Of a DNA stretch of 64,000 nucleotides, positions 62,682 through 64,000 are shown one piece after another (within the stretch, counting starts at the first letter, position 1; each line of letters opens with the position of its first letter). The stretch comes from Takakia lepidozioides (taxonomy: Eukaryota > Plantae > Bryophyta). The DNA lies in NCBI GenBank assembly GCA_030704615.1, contig CM060734.1, forward strand, positions 1,240,001 to 1,304,000. The letters run 5' to 3'. The position numbers were made by a program, and so were the translations under genes. A model generated the notes under the pieces. That model ran no database searches. It was not told where the DNA came from and saw only the letters and a list, made by a program, of their open reading frames with translations.

Positions 62682-64000
62682 TCATGGGTGTTATGGGAGG
62701 CTATGAGTCGTTGGAGTATTGAGGTAGTTGGTGCTGTTCTGAATTCCGGGAGGAGGTCTTGTTGGTTGTGAGGGAAGAGTGAGCATAGTAAGTCGCATGT
62801 ACAAGAGGCCGTTGGGTGGCAGAATAGGGAGCGGAGGTGTAACAGATATTTGCATGTTTTGATGGTGGTCCGGGAATGTTTCAGGGTAAACTGGCTGGGG
62901 GTTAAGAGCCTCACACCCGTGGCAGTGGTAAGTTGGGTGAGGCTAGAGATATTACGTGCTTTGAAGTATGCCAGAATGGGTTTTTTTTGCCATGGATGAG
63001 AGTTTTCAAATTGTGCAAGGAATGGGCTGTGAAGCCATGCACGTTCAAGTGGTGAAATGGTGTTGGGGTAGCCTGGTAAGTCGGTTCACAAAGAACCCAC
63101 TCTGACATTATTTCTGCTTGTCCATAATAGTCCCCACACCCTCCTACCCCCGGACTTCTCCACACGCCTTAAACATCTTCTATCTGATACTCATGGCATG
63201 TTACTCACCACCTATACACTCCCATCGGGACAATGTTTCCCCACCAAATCACCGTATAAGCAAAAAATTAACACAATATGGGACAAGATCCCACCCCGCA
63301 CCCTCACCCCCCCCAATGTAACCCCTCATGATGCCCCGCCGGTCTACCTGGGGCCTACCTCCCCCAAATACCCCCCACTCCACTCACACGATACAGATGG
63401 CTCCCAGTCTGGCTCCCTTGCCGGATATGGCGTTTATTATGCCGCCACCAACAAAAGGACGGCCCATCGGCTCCCTCGACCCGCCACCATTCTCCGGGCC
63501 GAGCTTATGGCCATTTTTGAAGCCCTATCACAATTAGCCCTATTCCTGCCACCGTACTACATTTTTGCGGATAGCCTCAATTCACTTTTTATCCTTCGTA
63601 ATCACTTGGCCTGCCCCTTCTCCTACCACCACCACACCGATTGTAACCTTATCTCTGCTATTATCAAACTAGCAATTGCCATCGATAAACCCATCCACTT
63701 TCTCAAAGTACGATCACATACTGGTATTATTGGCAACGAGGAGGCAGACCTCCTCGCCCAGCTGGGGGCCTCTAAACCCCCAGTTGAACCATCGACCTAC
63801 CCCATCCACGTCGCTCATGCACACCCTTTTTGGATGGTCTACCCAGTACCTGACCCTCCATCACCCCCGTCCAATCCGAAACCTCCTTAAAACCCTCACT
63901 AAAGAAGCCAACAAACAAGTCTCAGCCTCTCTCAGCCATACCAAACTACATATCCAAAAATGGACCATTTCCAATGTCCTGCACCATAAACTATCAAACC

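Larger units (their letters stand above)
56100..64000 (+). mobile_element. Degenerate Dualen/RandI-like LINE: 2A-like motif, APE, RT, chromodomain (in an inverted block), RNase H; continues beyond the window
   Basis: GDIHPNPGP; GGVALGI, ILAGDFN, SDHCPI; KKGDPTDLSNYRPIAL, RGTIQGDTLSPYLFIIFLEPLLRWL, AYADD; TDGS, RAELMAI, ADSLNS, KVRSHTGIIGNEEAD. The clade is inference and the 5' boundary is approximate. Confidence 0.8.

Overview
Eukaryotic genomic DNA from a land plant, probably a non-seed plant such as a bryophyte (inference). It is rich in spliceosomal introns and transposons. Host genes: the 3' half of a plastid K+/H+ antiporter of KEA1/KEA2 type (+, 7 exons, 837-9188), an FkbM-like methyltransferase (+, about 35.2-36.2 kb) and a QALGGH C2H2 zinc-finger/EAR repressor (-, about 50.0-52.3 kb). 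The KEA introns hold six same-orientation copies or fragments of a LINE sitting at (TC)n tracts. The main finding is a family of Mutator-like (MULE, SWIM) DNA transposons carrying a multi-exon cargo gene. The predicted protein has a ParB/Srx-like N-terminal motif and a C-terminal beta-class N4C/N6A DNA-methyltransferase-like domain, and the gene's introns hold arrays of long palindromes that differ between elements. One complete 13-kb element (17645-30617, 9-bp TSD CATTGAGAC) is nested inside the methyltransferase exon of an older relative (right end 31823). A third relative (about 44.4-47.2 kb) has its own 16-bp parS-like palindrome and a 1.9-kb inversion whose breakpoints lie in those palindrome cores. 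Also present: a solo LTR, a Sola-like MITE, and a Dualen/RandI-like LINE with a 2A-like motif, APE, RT, an unannotated chromodomain and RNase H. All domain calls are by-eye motif recognition, with no database search. The TE genes contain stops and frameshifts, which may be decay or sequencing error.
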